Of a stretch of DNA of 64,000 nucleotides, positions 27,801 to 40,800 are shown piece by piece. The position numbers and the translations under genes are program-made. A model generated the notes under the pieces. It was not told the DNA's origin. It was given only the letters and a program-made list of their open reading frames with translations, and did no database searches. This stretch comes from Eledone cirrhosa (Eukaryota): positions 11,284,001 to 11,348,000 of the forward strand of contig OZ024744.1 in assembly GCA_964016885.1 (NCBI GenBank), written 5' to 3'. Numbering within the stretch: the first letter of the stretch is position 1; every line of letters starts with the position of its first letter.

Positions 27801-28620
27801 TGTTATACTCCAATATGTTGTGTTGTTATACTCCAATATGTTGTGTTGCTTTACTCCAATATGTTGTATTGTTGATCTCCAATATGTCATATTATACTCC
27901 AATAAGTTGTGTTCTTGTACTCCAATATGTGTTGTTGTTGTACTCCAATATGTTGCGTTGTTGTACTCCAATATATCATGTTGTCGTACTCCAATATGTC
28001 ATGTTATACTCCAATATGTTTTGATGCTGTACTCCAATATGTTGTGTTGTTGTACTACAATATGTTGTGTTGTTGTACTCCAATATGTTGTGTTGTTATA
28101 CTCCAATATGGTGTGCTGTTGTACTCCAATATGTTGTGTTGTTATACTCCAATATGTAGTGTTGTTATACTCCAATATGTTGTGTTGTTGTACTCCAATC
28201 TGTTGTGTTGTTATACTCCAATATATTGTGTTGTTATACTCCAATATGTTGTGTTGTTTTACTCCAATATGTTGTGTTGTTGTACTCCAATATGTTGTGT
28301 TCTTGTACTCCAATATGTCGTGTTGTCGTACTCCAATATGTTGTGTTGTTGTACTCCAATATGTTGTGCTGTTGTACTCCAATATGTTGTGTTGTTGTAC
28401 TCCAATATGTTGTGTTGTTATACTCCAATATGTTGTGCTGTTGTACTCCAATATTCCGTGTTGTTGTACTCCAATACGTCGTGTTGTACTCCAATATGTT
28501 GTGTTGTTATACTCCAATATGTTATGTTGTTGTACTCCAATGTGTCTTGTTGTTGTACTCCAATATGTTTTGATGTTGTACTCCAATATGTTTTGTTGTT
28601 ATTCTCCAATATGTTGTGAT
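21824..28620 (+). repeat. Intra-array duplication, copy 2 of 1-6800 (similarity continues with small indels to about 29300)
   Basis: Same order of variant monomers as 1-6800. The offset shifts to 21,798 after a one-monomer loss and T-tract change near 28620-28690 (7005..7358 vs 28803..29156). Confidence 0.95.
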
Positions 28621-31600
28621 GTTGTACTCCAATGTGATGTGTTGTTGTACTCCAATATGTTGTGCTGTTGTACTCCAATATTTTTTGTTTTTTGTACTCC
28701 AATATGTTGTGTTGTTATACACCAATATGTTGTGTTGTTATACTCCAATATGGTGTGTTGTTGTACTCCAATATGTTGTATTGTTTTCTCCAATATGTCA
28801 TGTTATACTCCAATATGGTGTGTTCGTGTACTCCAATATGTTGTGTTATTGTACTCCAATATGTTGCGTTGTTGTACTCCAATATGTTGTGTTGTTATAC
28901 TCCAATATGTCGTGTGGCTGTACTCCAATATGTCATGTTGTTGTACTCCAATATGTCTTGTTATAGTCCAATATGTCGTGTTGTTGTACTCCAATATATC
29001 ATGTAGTTGTACTCCAATATTTCGTGTTGTTGTACCCCAATATGTAGTGTTGTTTATACTCCAATATGTTCTGCTGTTGTACTCCAATATGTTGTGTTGC
29101 TGTACTCCTATATGTTGTGTTGTTATTCTCCAATATGTTGTGCTGTTGTACTCCAATGTGTTGTGTTGTTATACTCCAATGTGTTGTGTTGTTATACTCC
29201 AATATGTTGTGTTGTTGTAGTCCAATATGTTGTGTTGTTATACTCCAATATTTCGTGTGGTTGTACTCCAATATGTCATGGTGTTGTACTTCAATATGTC
29301 GTGTTGTTGTACTCCAATATGTTGTCTTGTTGTACTCCAATCTGTTGTATTGTTGTACTTCAATATGTTCTGTTCATGTACTCCAATATATTGTGTTGTT
29401 GTACTCCAATATGTTGTGTTGTTGTACTCCAATATGTTGTGCTTTTGTACTCCAATATGTTTTGCTGTTGTACTCCACTGTGTTGTGTTGTTGAACTCCA
29501 ATATGTTGTGTTGTTGTTCTCCAATATTTTGTGCTGTTGTACTCCAATGTGTTGTGTTGTTATACTCCAATATGTTGTGTTGTGATACTCCAATGTGTTG
29601 TGTTGTTGTACTCCAATATGTTGTGTTGTTGTACTCCAATATGTTGTGTTGTTATACACCAATGTGGTGTGCTGTTGTAATCCAATATGTTATGTTGTAC
29701 TCCAATATGTTGTGTTGTTATACTCCAATATGTAGTGTTGTTATACTCCAATATGTTGTGTTGTTGTACTCCAATCTGTTGTGTTATACTCCAATATGTT
29801 GTGTTGTTATACTCCAATATGTTGTGTTGTTATACTCCAATATGGTGTGTTGGTGTACTCCAATATGTTGTATTGTTTTCTCCAATATGTCATGTTATAC
29901 TCCAATATGGTGTGTTCGTGTACTCCAATATGTTGTGTTATTGTACTCCAATATGTTGCGTTGTTGTACTCCAATATGTTGTGTTGTTATACTCCAATAT
30001 GTCGTGTGGCTGTACTCCAATATGTCATGTTGTTGTACTCCAATATGTCTTGTTATAGTCCAATATGTCGTGTTGTTGTACTCCAATATATCATGTAGTT
30101 GTACTCCAATATTTCGTGTTGTTGTACCCCAATATGTAGTGTTGTTTATACTCCAATATGTTTTGCTGTTGTACTCCAATATGTTGTGTTGCTGTACTCC
30201 TATATGTTGTGTTGTTATTCTCCAATATGTTGTGCTGTTGTACTCCAATGTGTTGTGTTGTTATACTCCAATGTGTTGTGTTGTTATACTCCAATATGTT
30301 GTGTTGTTGTAGTCCAATATGTTGTGTTGTCGTACTCCAATATGTTGTGTTGTTATACTCCAATATTTCGTGTGGTTGTACTCCAATATGTCATGGTGTT
30401 GTACTTCAATATGTCGTGTTGTTGTACTCCAATATGTTGTCTTGTTGTACTCCAATCTGTTGTATTGTTGTACTTCAATATGTTCTGTTGTTGTACTCCA
30501 ATATATTGTGTTGTTGTACTCCAATATGTTGTGTTGTTGTACTCCAATATGCTGTGTTGTTGTACTCCAATATGTTGTGTTGTTGTACTCCAATATGTTG
30601 AGTTGTTGTAGTCCAATATCTTGTGTTCTTATACTCCAATATGTTGTGTTGTTATACTCCTATATGTTGTGTTGTTGTACTCCAATATGTTGTGCTGTTG
30701 TACTCCAATATGATGTGCTGTTGTACTCCAATATGTTGTGTTGTTGTACTCCAATGTGTTGTGTTGTTGTACTCCAATATGTTGTGCCGTTGTACTCCAA
30801 TATTTTTTTTGTTTTTGTACTCCAAAATATTGTGTTGTTATACTCCAATATGTTGTGTTGGTGTACTCCAATATGGTGTGCTGTTGTACTCCAAATCTCG
30901 TGTTGTTATACTCCAATGTGTTGTGTTGTTATACTCCAATATGGTGTGTTGTTGAACTCCAATATGTTGTATTGTTTTTCTCCAATATGTCATGTTATAC
31001 TCCAATATGTTGTGTTCATGTACTCCAATATGTTGTGTTATTGTACTCCAATATGTTGCGTTGTTGTACTCCAATATGTTGTGTTGTTATACTCCAATAT
31101 GTTGTGTTGTTGTACTCCAATATGTCATGTTGTTGTACTCCAGTATGTCTTGTTATACTCCAATATGTCGTGTTGCTGTACTCCAATATGTCATGCTGTT
31201 GTACTCCAATATTTCGTGTCGTTGTACGCCAATATGTTGTGCTTTTGTACTCCAATATGTTTTGCTGTTGTACTCCACTGTGTTGTGTTGTTGAACTCCA
31301 ATATGTTGTGTTGTTGTTCTCCAATATTTTGTGCTGTTGTACTCCAATGTGTTGTGTTGTTATACTCCAATATGTTGTGTTGTGATACTCCAATGTGTTG
31401 TGTTGTTGTACTCCAATATGTTGTGTTGTTGTACTCCAATATGTTGTGTTGTTATACACCAATGTGGTGTGCTGTTGTAATCCAATATGTTATGTTGTAC
31501 TCCAATATGTTGTGTTGTTATACTCCAATATGTAGTGTTGTTATACTCCAATATGTTGTGTTGTTGTACTCCAATCTGTTGTGTTATACTCCAATATGTT

Positions 31601-34600
31601 GTGTTGTTGTACTCCAATATGTTGTATTGTTGTTCTCCAATATGTCATGCTATACTCCAATAAGTTGTGTTCTTGTACTCCAATATGTTTTGTTGTTGTA
31701 CTCCAATATGTTGTGTTGTTGTACTCCAATATATCATGTTGTCGTACTCCAATATGTCATGTTATACTCCAATATGTCGTTGTTATACTCCAATATGTCA
31801 TGTTGCTGTACTCCAACATGTCGTGTTGTAGTACTCCAATATGTTTTGATGTTGTACTCCAATATGTTGTGTTGTTGTACTCCAATATGTTGTGTTGTTG
31901 TACTCCAATATGTTGTGTTGTTATACTCCAATATGTTGTGTTGTTATACTCCAATATGTTGTGCTGTTGTACTCCAATATGTCATGTTGTTGTACTCCGA
32001 TATTTCGTGTTGTTCTACTCCAATATTTCGTGTTGTTGTACTCCAATATCTCGTGGTGTTGTACTCCAATATGTTTTGATGTTGTACTCCAATATGTCGT
32101 GTTGTTGTACTCCAATATGTTGTGTTGTTGTACTCCAATATGCTGTGTTGTTATACTCCTATATGTTGTGCTGTTGTACTTCAATATGTTGTGTTCTACT
32201 CCAATATGTTGTGTTGTTCTACTCCAATATGTTGTGTTGTTGTACTCCAATATGTGATGTTGTTGTACTCCAATATGTCGTATTGTTGTACTCCAATATA
32301 TTGTGTTGTTATACTCCAATATTTCGTGTTGTTTTAGTCCAATATGTCATGTTGTTTTACTCCAATATTTCGTGTTGTTGTACTCCAATATGTCATGGTG
32401 TTGTACTTCAATATGTCGTATTGTTGTACTCAAATATGTTGTGTTGTTGTTCTCCAATATGTCGTGTTGTTATACTCCAATATGTTATGATGTTGTACTC
32501 CAATATATTGTGTTGTTGTACTCCAATATGTTGTGTTGCTGTACTCCAATATGTTGTGTCGTTGTACTCCAATATGTTGTGTTGTTGTACTCCAATATGT
32601 TGTGTTGTTGTACTCCAATATGTTGTTGTACTCCAATATGCCATGTTGTTATACTCCAATATTTCGTGGCGTTGTACTCCAATATGTCATGTTGTTGTAC
32701 TCCAATATTTCGTGTTGTTGTACTCCAATATGTCGTAGGGGTTGTACTCCAATATGGTGTGTTGTTGTACTCCAATATGCTGTGTTGCTGTACTCCAATA
32801 GGTTGTGTTGTTGTACTCCAATATGCTGTGTTGGCTGTGCTCCAATACGTTGTGTTGTTGTACTCCAATATGTTGTGCTGCTGTACTCCAATATGTTGTG
32901 TTGTTGTACTCCAATATGTTGTGTTGTTGTACTCCAATATGTTGTGTTGTTGTACTCCAATCTATATCGCTGTTGTACTCCAATATGTTGTGTTGTTGTA
33001 CTCCAATATGTTGTGTTGTTGTACTCCAAAATATTGTGTTGTTATACTCCAATATGTTGTGTTGTTATACTCCAATATGTTGTGCTGTTATACTCCAATA
33101 TGTTGTGTTGTTGTACTCCAATATGTTGTGCTGTTATACTCCAATATTTTGTGTTGTTATACTCCAATATGTGGTATTGTTGTACTCCAATATGTTGTGC
33201 TGTTGTCCTCCAATATGTTGTGTTGTTATACTCCAACATGTTGTGTTGTTATACTCCAATATGTTGTGTTGTTATACTCGAATATTTTGTGTTGTTATAC
33301 TCGAATATCTTGTGTTGTTATACTCGAATATGTTGTGCTGTTGTACTCCAATATGTCGTGTTGTTGTACTCCAATATATCATGTAGTTGTACTCCAATAT
33401 TTCGTGTTGTTGTACCCCAATATGTAGTGTTGTTTATACTCCAATATGTTTTGCTGTTGTACTCCAATATGATGTGCTGTTGTACTCCAATATGTTGTAT
33501 TGTTGTTCTCCAATATGTCATGTTATACTCCAATAAGTTGTGTTCTTGTACTCCAATATGTTGTGTTGTTGTACTCCAATATATCATGTTGTCGTACTCC
33601 AATATGTCATGTTATACTCCAATATGTCATTGTTGTACTCCAATATGTCATTGTTGTACTCCAATATGTCGCGTTGTTGTACTCCAATATGTCGTGTTGT
33701 TGTACTCCAATATGCTGTGTTGTTATACTCCAATATGTTGTGTTGTTGTACTCCAATATGTTGTGTTGTTATACTCCAATATGTTGTGTTGTTGTACTCC
33801 AATATGTCATGTTGTTGTACTCCAATATGTTGCGTTGTTGTACTCCAATATATCATGTTGTCGTACTCCAATATGTTTTGATGTTGTACTCCAATATGTT
33901 GTGTTGTTGTACTCCAATATGTTGTGTAGTCGTACTCCAATATGTTGTGTTGTTGTACTCCAATATGCTGTGATGTTGTACTCCAATATGATGTGCTGTT
34001 GTACTCCAATGCGTTGTGTTGTTGTACTCCAATATGCTGTGTTGTTATACTCCAATATGTTGTGTTGTTATACTCCAATCTGTTGTGTTGTTATACTCCA
34101 ATATATTGTGTTGTTATACTCCAATATGTTGTGTTGTTTTACTCCAATATCTTGTATTGTTGTTCTCCAATATGTCATGTTATACTCCAATAAGTTGTGT
34201 TCTTGTACTCCAATATGTTGTGTTGTTGTACTCCAATATGTTGTGTTGTTGTACTCCAATATATCATGTTGTCGTACTCCAATATGTCATGTTATACTCC
34301 AATGTGTCATTGTTGTACTCCAATATGTCGTGTTGTTGTACTCCAATATGTCGTGTTGTTGTACTCCAATATGTTGTGTTGTTGTACTCCAATATGTTGT
34401 GTTGTTGTACTCCAATATGTTGTGTTGTTATACTCCAATATGTTATGTTGTTGTACTCCAATATGTCATGTTGTTGTACTCCAATATGTTTTGATGTTGT
34501 ACTCCAATATGTCGTGTTGTTATACTCCAATATGTTATGATGTTGTACTCCAATATATTGTGTTGTTGTACTCCAATATGTTGTGTTGCTGTACTCCAAT

Positions 34601-37600
34601 ATGTTGTGTCGTTGTACTCCAATACGTTGTGTTGTTGTACTCCAATATGTTGTGTTGTTGTACTCCAATATGTTGTTGTACTCCAATATGCCATGTTGTC
34701 GTACTCCAATATTTCGTGTTGTTGTACTCCAATATGTCATGATGTTGTACTCCAATATGTTGTGTTGTTGTACTCCAATATGTTGTGTTGTTGTACTCCA
34801 ATATGTTGTGTTGTTGTACTCCAATATGTTGTGTTGTTGTACTCCAATATGTTGTGTTGTTGTACTCCAATATGTTGTGTTGTTGTACTCCAATATGTTG
34901 TGTTGTTGTACTCCAATATGCCATGTTGTTATACTCCAATATGTGGTGGTGTTGTACTCCAATATGTCATGTTGTTGTACTCCAATATTTCGTGTTGTTG
35001 TACTCCAATATGTCATAGGGGTTGTACTCCAATATGCTGTGTTGCTGTACTCCAATAGGTTGTGTTGTTGTACTCCAATATGTTGTGTTGTTGTACTCCA
35101 ATCTATATCGCTGTTGTACTCCAATATGTTGTGTTGTTGTACTCCAATATGTTGTGCTGTTGTACTCCAATATGTTGTGCTGTTGTGCTCCAATATTTTG
35201 TGCTGTTATACTCCAATATATTGTGTTGTTATAATCCAATATGTTGTGTTGTTGTACTCCAAAATATTGTGTTGTTATACTCCAATATGTTGTGTTGTTA
35301 TACTCCAATAAGTTGTGCTGTTATACTCCAATATGTTGTGTTGTTGTACTCCAATATGTTGTGCTGTTATACTCCAATATTTTGTGTTGTTATACTCCAA
35401 TATGTGGTATTGTTGTACTCCAATATGTTGTGCTGTTGTACTCCAATATGTTGTGTTGTTATACTCCAACATGTTGTGTTGTTATACTCCAATATGTTGT
35501 GTTGTTATACTCGAATATGTTGTGTTGTTATACTCGAATATCTTGTGTTGTTATACTCGAATATGTTGTGCTGTTGTACTCCAATATGTCGTGTTGTTGT
35601 ACTCCAATATATCATGTAGTTGTACTCCAATATTTCGTGTTGTTGTACCCCAATATGTAGTGTTGTTTATACTCCAATATGTTTTGCTGTTGTACTCCAA
35701 TATGTTGTGTTGCTGTACTCCTATATGTTGTGTTGTTATTCTCCAATATGTTGTGCTGTTGTACTCCAATGTGTTGTGTTGTTATACTCCAATATGTTGT
35801 GTTGATTTACTCCAATATGTTGTGTTGTTGTACTCCAATCTGTTGTGTTGTTATACTCCAATGTGTTGTGTTGTTATACTCCAATATGTTGTGTTGTTGT
35901 AGTCCAATATGTTGTGTTGTCGTACTCCAATATGTTGTGTTGTTATACTCCAATATTTCGTGTGGTTGTACTCCAATATGTCATGGTGTTGTACTTCAAT
36001 ATGTCGTGTTGTTGTACTCCAATATGTTGTCTTGCTGTACTCCAATATGTTGTGTTGTTGTACTCCAATATCTTGTGTTCTTATACTCCAATATGTTGTG
36101 TTGTTATACTCCAATATGTTGTGTTGTTGTACTCCAATATGTTGTGCTGTTTTACTCCAATATGTTGTGTTGTTGTACTCCAATATGTTGTATTGTTTTT
36201 CTCCAATATGTCATGTTATACTCCAATAAGTTGTGTTCTTGTACTCCAATATGTTGTGTTGTTGTACTCCAATATATCATGTTGTCGTACTCCAATATGT
36301 CATGTTATACTCCAATATGTCATTGTTGTACTCCAATATGTCGTGTTGTTGTACTCCAATATGTCGTGTTGTTGTACTCCAATATGTTGTGTTGTTGTAC
36401 TCCAATATGTTGTGTTGTTGTACTCCAATATGTTGTGTTGTTATACTCCAATATGTTATGTTGTTGTACTCCAATATGTCATGTTGTTGTACTCCAATAT
36501 GTTTTGATGTTGTACTCCAATATGTTGTGTTGTTGTACTCCAATATGTTTTGATGTTGTAGTCCAATATGTTGTGTTGTTGTACTCCAATATGTTGTGTA
36601 GTCGTACTCCAATATGTTGTGTTGTTGTACTCCAATATGCTGTGATGTTATACTCCAATATGATGTGCTGTTGTACTCCAATGCGTTGTGTTGTTGTACT
36701 CCAATATGCTGTGTTGTTATACTCCAATATGTTGTGTTGTTGTACTCCAATATGTTGTGTTGTTGTACTCCAATATGTTGTGTTGTTGTAATCCAATATC
36801 TTGTGTAGTTATACTCCAATATGTTGTGCTGTTGTACTCCAATATGTTGAGTTGTTATACTCCAATATGTAGTGTTGTTATACTCCAATATGTTGTGTTG
36901 TTGTACTCCAATCTGTTGCGTTATACTCCAATATGTTGTGTTGTTATACTCCAATATGTTGTGTTGTTGTACTCCAATATGTTGTGTAGTCGTATTCCAA
37001 TATGTTGTGTTGTTGTACTCTAATATGTTTTGTTGTTATTCTCCAATATGTTGTGATGTTGTACTCCAATGTGTTGTGTTGTTGTACTCCAATGTGATGT
37101 GTTGCTGTACTCCAATATGTTGTGCTGTTGTACTCCAATATTTTTTTGTTTTTTGTACTCCAATATGTTGTGTTGTTATACTCCAATATGTTGTGTTGTT
37201 ATACTCCAATATGGTGTGTTGTTGTACTCCAATATGTTGTATTGTTTTCTCCAATATGTCATGTTATACTCCAATATGGTGTGTTCGTGTACTCCAATAT
37301 GTTGTGTTATTGTACTCCAATATGTTGCGTTGTTGTACTCCAATATGTTGTGTTGTTATACTCCAATATGTCGTGTGGCTGTACTCCAATATGTCATGTT
37401 GTTGTACTCCAATATGTCTTGTTATAGTCCAATATGTCGTGTTGTTGTACTCCAATATATCATGTAGTTGTACTCCAATATTTCGTGTTGTTGTACCCCA
37501 ATATGTAGTGTTGTTTATACTCCAATATGTTTTGCTGTTGTACTCCAATATGTTGTGTTGCTGTACTCCTATATGTTGTGTTGTTATTCTCCAATATGTT

Positions 37601-37800
37601 GTGCTGTTGTACTCCAATGTGTTGTGTTGTTATACTCCAATGTGTTGTGTTGTTATACTCCAATATGTTGTGTTGTTGTAGTCCAATATGTTGTGTTGTC
37701 GTACTCCAATATGTTGTGTTGTTATACTCCAATATTTCGTGTGGTTGTACTCCAGTATGTCATGGTGTTGTACTTCAATATGTCGTGTTGTTGTACTCCA
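27264..37800 (+). repeat. 10,537-bp tandem duplication, unit 1
   Basis: Constant offset of 10,537 to unit 2: 27473..27709 = 38010..38246, 30319..32079 ~ 40856..42616, 32533..34494 ~ 43070..45031, 36688..37023 = 47225..47560. Confidence 0.95.
28735..31610 (+). repeat. Nested local duplications with 1,092-bp and 1,800-bp offsets (repeated again at about 39270-42150 and 52000-54800)
   Basis: ORFs 28803..29156 ~ 29895..30248 (offset 1,092) and 29560..29817 = 31360..31617 (offset 1,800). Confidence 0.85.
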
Positions 37801-40800
37801 ATATGTTGTGTTGTTGTACTCCAATATGTTGTATTGTTATACTCCAATATGTTATGTTGTTGTACTCCAAAATGTCATGTTGTTGTACTCCAATATGTTT
37901 TGATGTTGTACTCCAATATGTTGTGTTGTTGTACTCCAATATGTTTTGATGTTGTACTCCAATATGTTGTGTTGTTGTACTCCAATATGCTGTGTAGTCG
38001 TACTCCAATATGTTGTGTTGTTGTACTCCAATATGCTGTGATGTTGTACTCCAATATGATGTGCTGTTGTACTCCAATGCGTTGTGTTGTTGTACTCCAA
38101 TATGCTGCGTTGTTATACTCCAATATGTTGTGTTGTTGTACTCCAATATGTTGTGTTGTTGTACTCCAATATGTTGTGTTGTTGTAATCCAATATCTTGT
38201 GTTGTTATACTCCAATATGTTGTGCTGTTGTACTCCAATATGTTGAGTTGTTATACTCCAATATGTAGTGTTGTTATACTCCAATATGTTGTGTTGTTGT
38301 ACTCCAATCTGTTGCGTTATACTCCAATATGTTGTGTTGTTATACTCCAATATGTTGTGTTGTTATACTCCAATATGTTGTGTTGCTTTACTCCAATATG
38401 TTGTATTGTTGATCTCCAATATGTCATATTATACTCCAATAAGTTGTGTTCTTGTACTCCAATATGTGTTGTTGTTGTACTCCAATATGTTGCGTTGTTG
38501 TACTCCAATATATCATGTTGTCGTACTCCAATATGTCATGTTATACTCAAATATGTTTTGATGCTGTACTCCAATATGTTGTGTTGTTGTACTACAATAT
38601 GTTGTGTTGTTGTACTCCAATATGTTGTGTTGTTATACTCCAATATGGTGTGCTGTTGTACTCCAATATGTTGTGTTGTTATACTCCAATATGTAGTGTT
38701 GTTATACTCCAATATGTTGTGTTGTTGTACTCCAATCTGTTGTGTTGTTATACTCCAATATATTGTGTTGTTATACTCCAATATGTTGTGTTGTTTTACT
38801 CCAATATGTTGTGTTGTTGTACTCCAATATGTTGTGTTCTTGTACTCCAATATGTCGTGTTGTCGTACTCCAATATGTTGTGTTGTTGTACTCCAATATT
38901 TTGTGCTGTTGTACTCCAATATGTTGTGTTGTTGTACTCCAATATGTTGTGTTGTTATACTCCAATATGTTGTGCTGTTGTACTCCAATATTCCGTGTTG
39001 TTGTACTCCAATACGTCGTGTTGTACTCCAATATGTTGTGTTGTTATACTCCAATATGTTATGTTGTTGTACTCCAATGTGTCTTGTTGTTGTACTCCAA
39101 TATGTTTTGATGTTGTACTCCAATATGTTTTGTTGTTATTCTCCAATATGTTGTGATGTTGTACTCCAATGTGATGTGTTGTTGTACTCCAATATGTTGT
39201 GCTGTTGTACTCCAATATTTTTTGTTTTTTGTACTCCAATATGTTGTGTTGTTATACACCAATATGTTGTGTTGTTATACTCCAATATGGTGTGTTGTTG
39301 TACTCCAATATGTTGTATTGTTTTCTCCAATATGTCATGTTATACTCCAATATGGTGTGTTCGTGTACTCCAATATGTTGCGTTATTGTACTCCAATATG
39401 TTGCGTTGTTGTACTCCAATATGTTGTGTTGTTATACTCCAATATGTCGTGTGGCTGTACTCCAATATGTCATGTTGTTGTACTCCAATATGTCTTGTTA
39501 TAGTCCAATATGTCGTGTTGTTGTACTCCAATATATCATGTAGTTGTACTCCAATATTTCGTGTTGTTGTACCCCAATATGTAGTGTTGTTTATACTCCA
39601 ATATGTTTTGCTGTTGTACTCCAATATGTTGTGTTGCTGTACTCCTATATGTTGTGTTGTTATTCTCCAATATGTTGTGCTGTTGTACTCCAATGTGTTG
39701 TGTTGTTATACTCCAATGTGTTGTGTTGTTATACTCCAATATGTTGTGTTGTTGTAGTCCAATATGTTGTGTTGTTATACTCCAATATTTCGTGTGGTTG
39801 TACTCCAATATGTCATGGTGTTGTACTTCAATATGTCGTGTTGTTGTACTCCAATATGTTGTCTTGTTGTACTCCAATCTGTTGTATTGTTGTACTTCAA
39901 TATGTTCTGTTCATGTACTCCAATATATTGTGTTGTTGTACTCCAATATGTTGTGTTGTTGTACTCCAATATGTTGTGCTTTTGTACTCCAATATGTTTT
40001 GCTGTTGTACTCCACTGTGTTGTGTTGTTGAACTCCAATATGTTGTGTTGTTGTTCTCCAATATTTTGTGCTGTTGTACTCCAATGTGTTGTGTTGTTAT
40101 ACTCCAATATGTTGTGTTGTGATACTCCAATGTGTTGTGTTGTTGTACTCCAATATGTTGTGTTGTTGTACTCCAATATGTTGTGTTGTTATACACCAAT
40201 GTGGTGTGCTGTTGTAATCCAATATGTTATGTTGTACTCCAATATGTTGTGTTGTTATACTCCAATATGTAGTGTTGTTATACTCCAATATGTTGTGTTG
40301 TTGTACTCCAATCTGTTGTGTTATACTCCAATATGTTGTGTTGTTATACTCCAATATGTTGTGTTGTTATACTCCAATATGGTGTGTTGTTGTACTCCAA
40401 TATGTTGTATTGTTTTCTCCAATATGTCATGTTATACTCCAATATGGTGTGTTCGTGTACTCCAATATGTTGTGTTATTGTACTCCAATATGTTGCGTTG
40501 TTGTACTCCAATATGTTGTGTTGTTATACTCCAATATGTCGTGTGGCTGTACTCCAATATGTCATGTTGTTGTACTCCAATATGTCTTGTTATAGTCCAA
40601 TATGTCGTGTTGTTGTACTCCAATATATCATGTAGTTGTACTCCAATATTTCGTGTTGTTGTACCCCAATATGTAGTGTTGTTTATACTCCAATATGTTT
40701 TGCTGTTGTACTCCAATATGTTGTGTTGCTGTACTCCTATATGTTGTGTTGTTATTCTCCAATATGTTGTGCTGTTGTACTCCAATGTGTTGTGTTGTTA

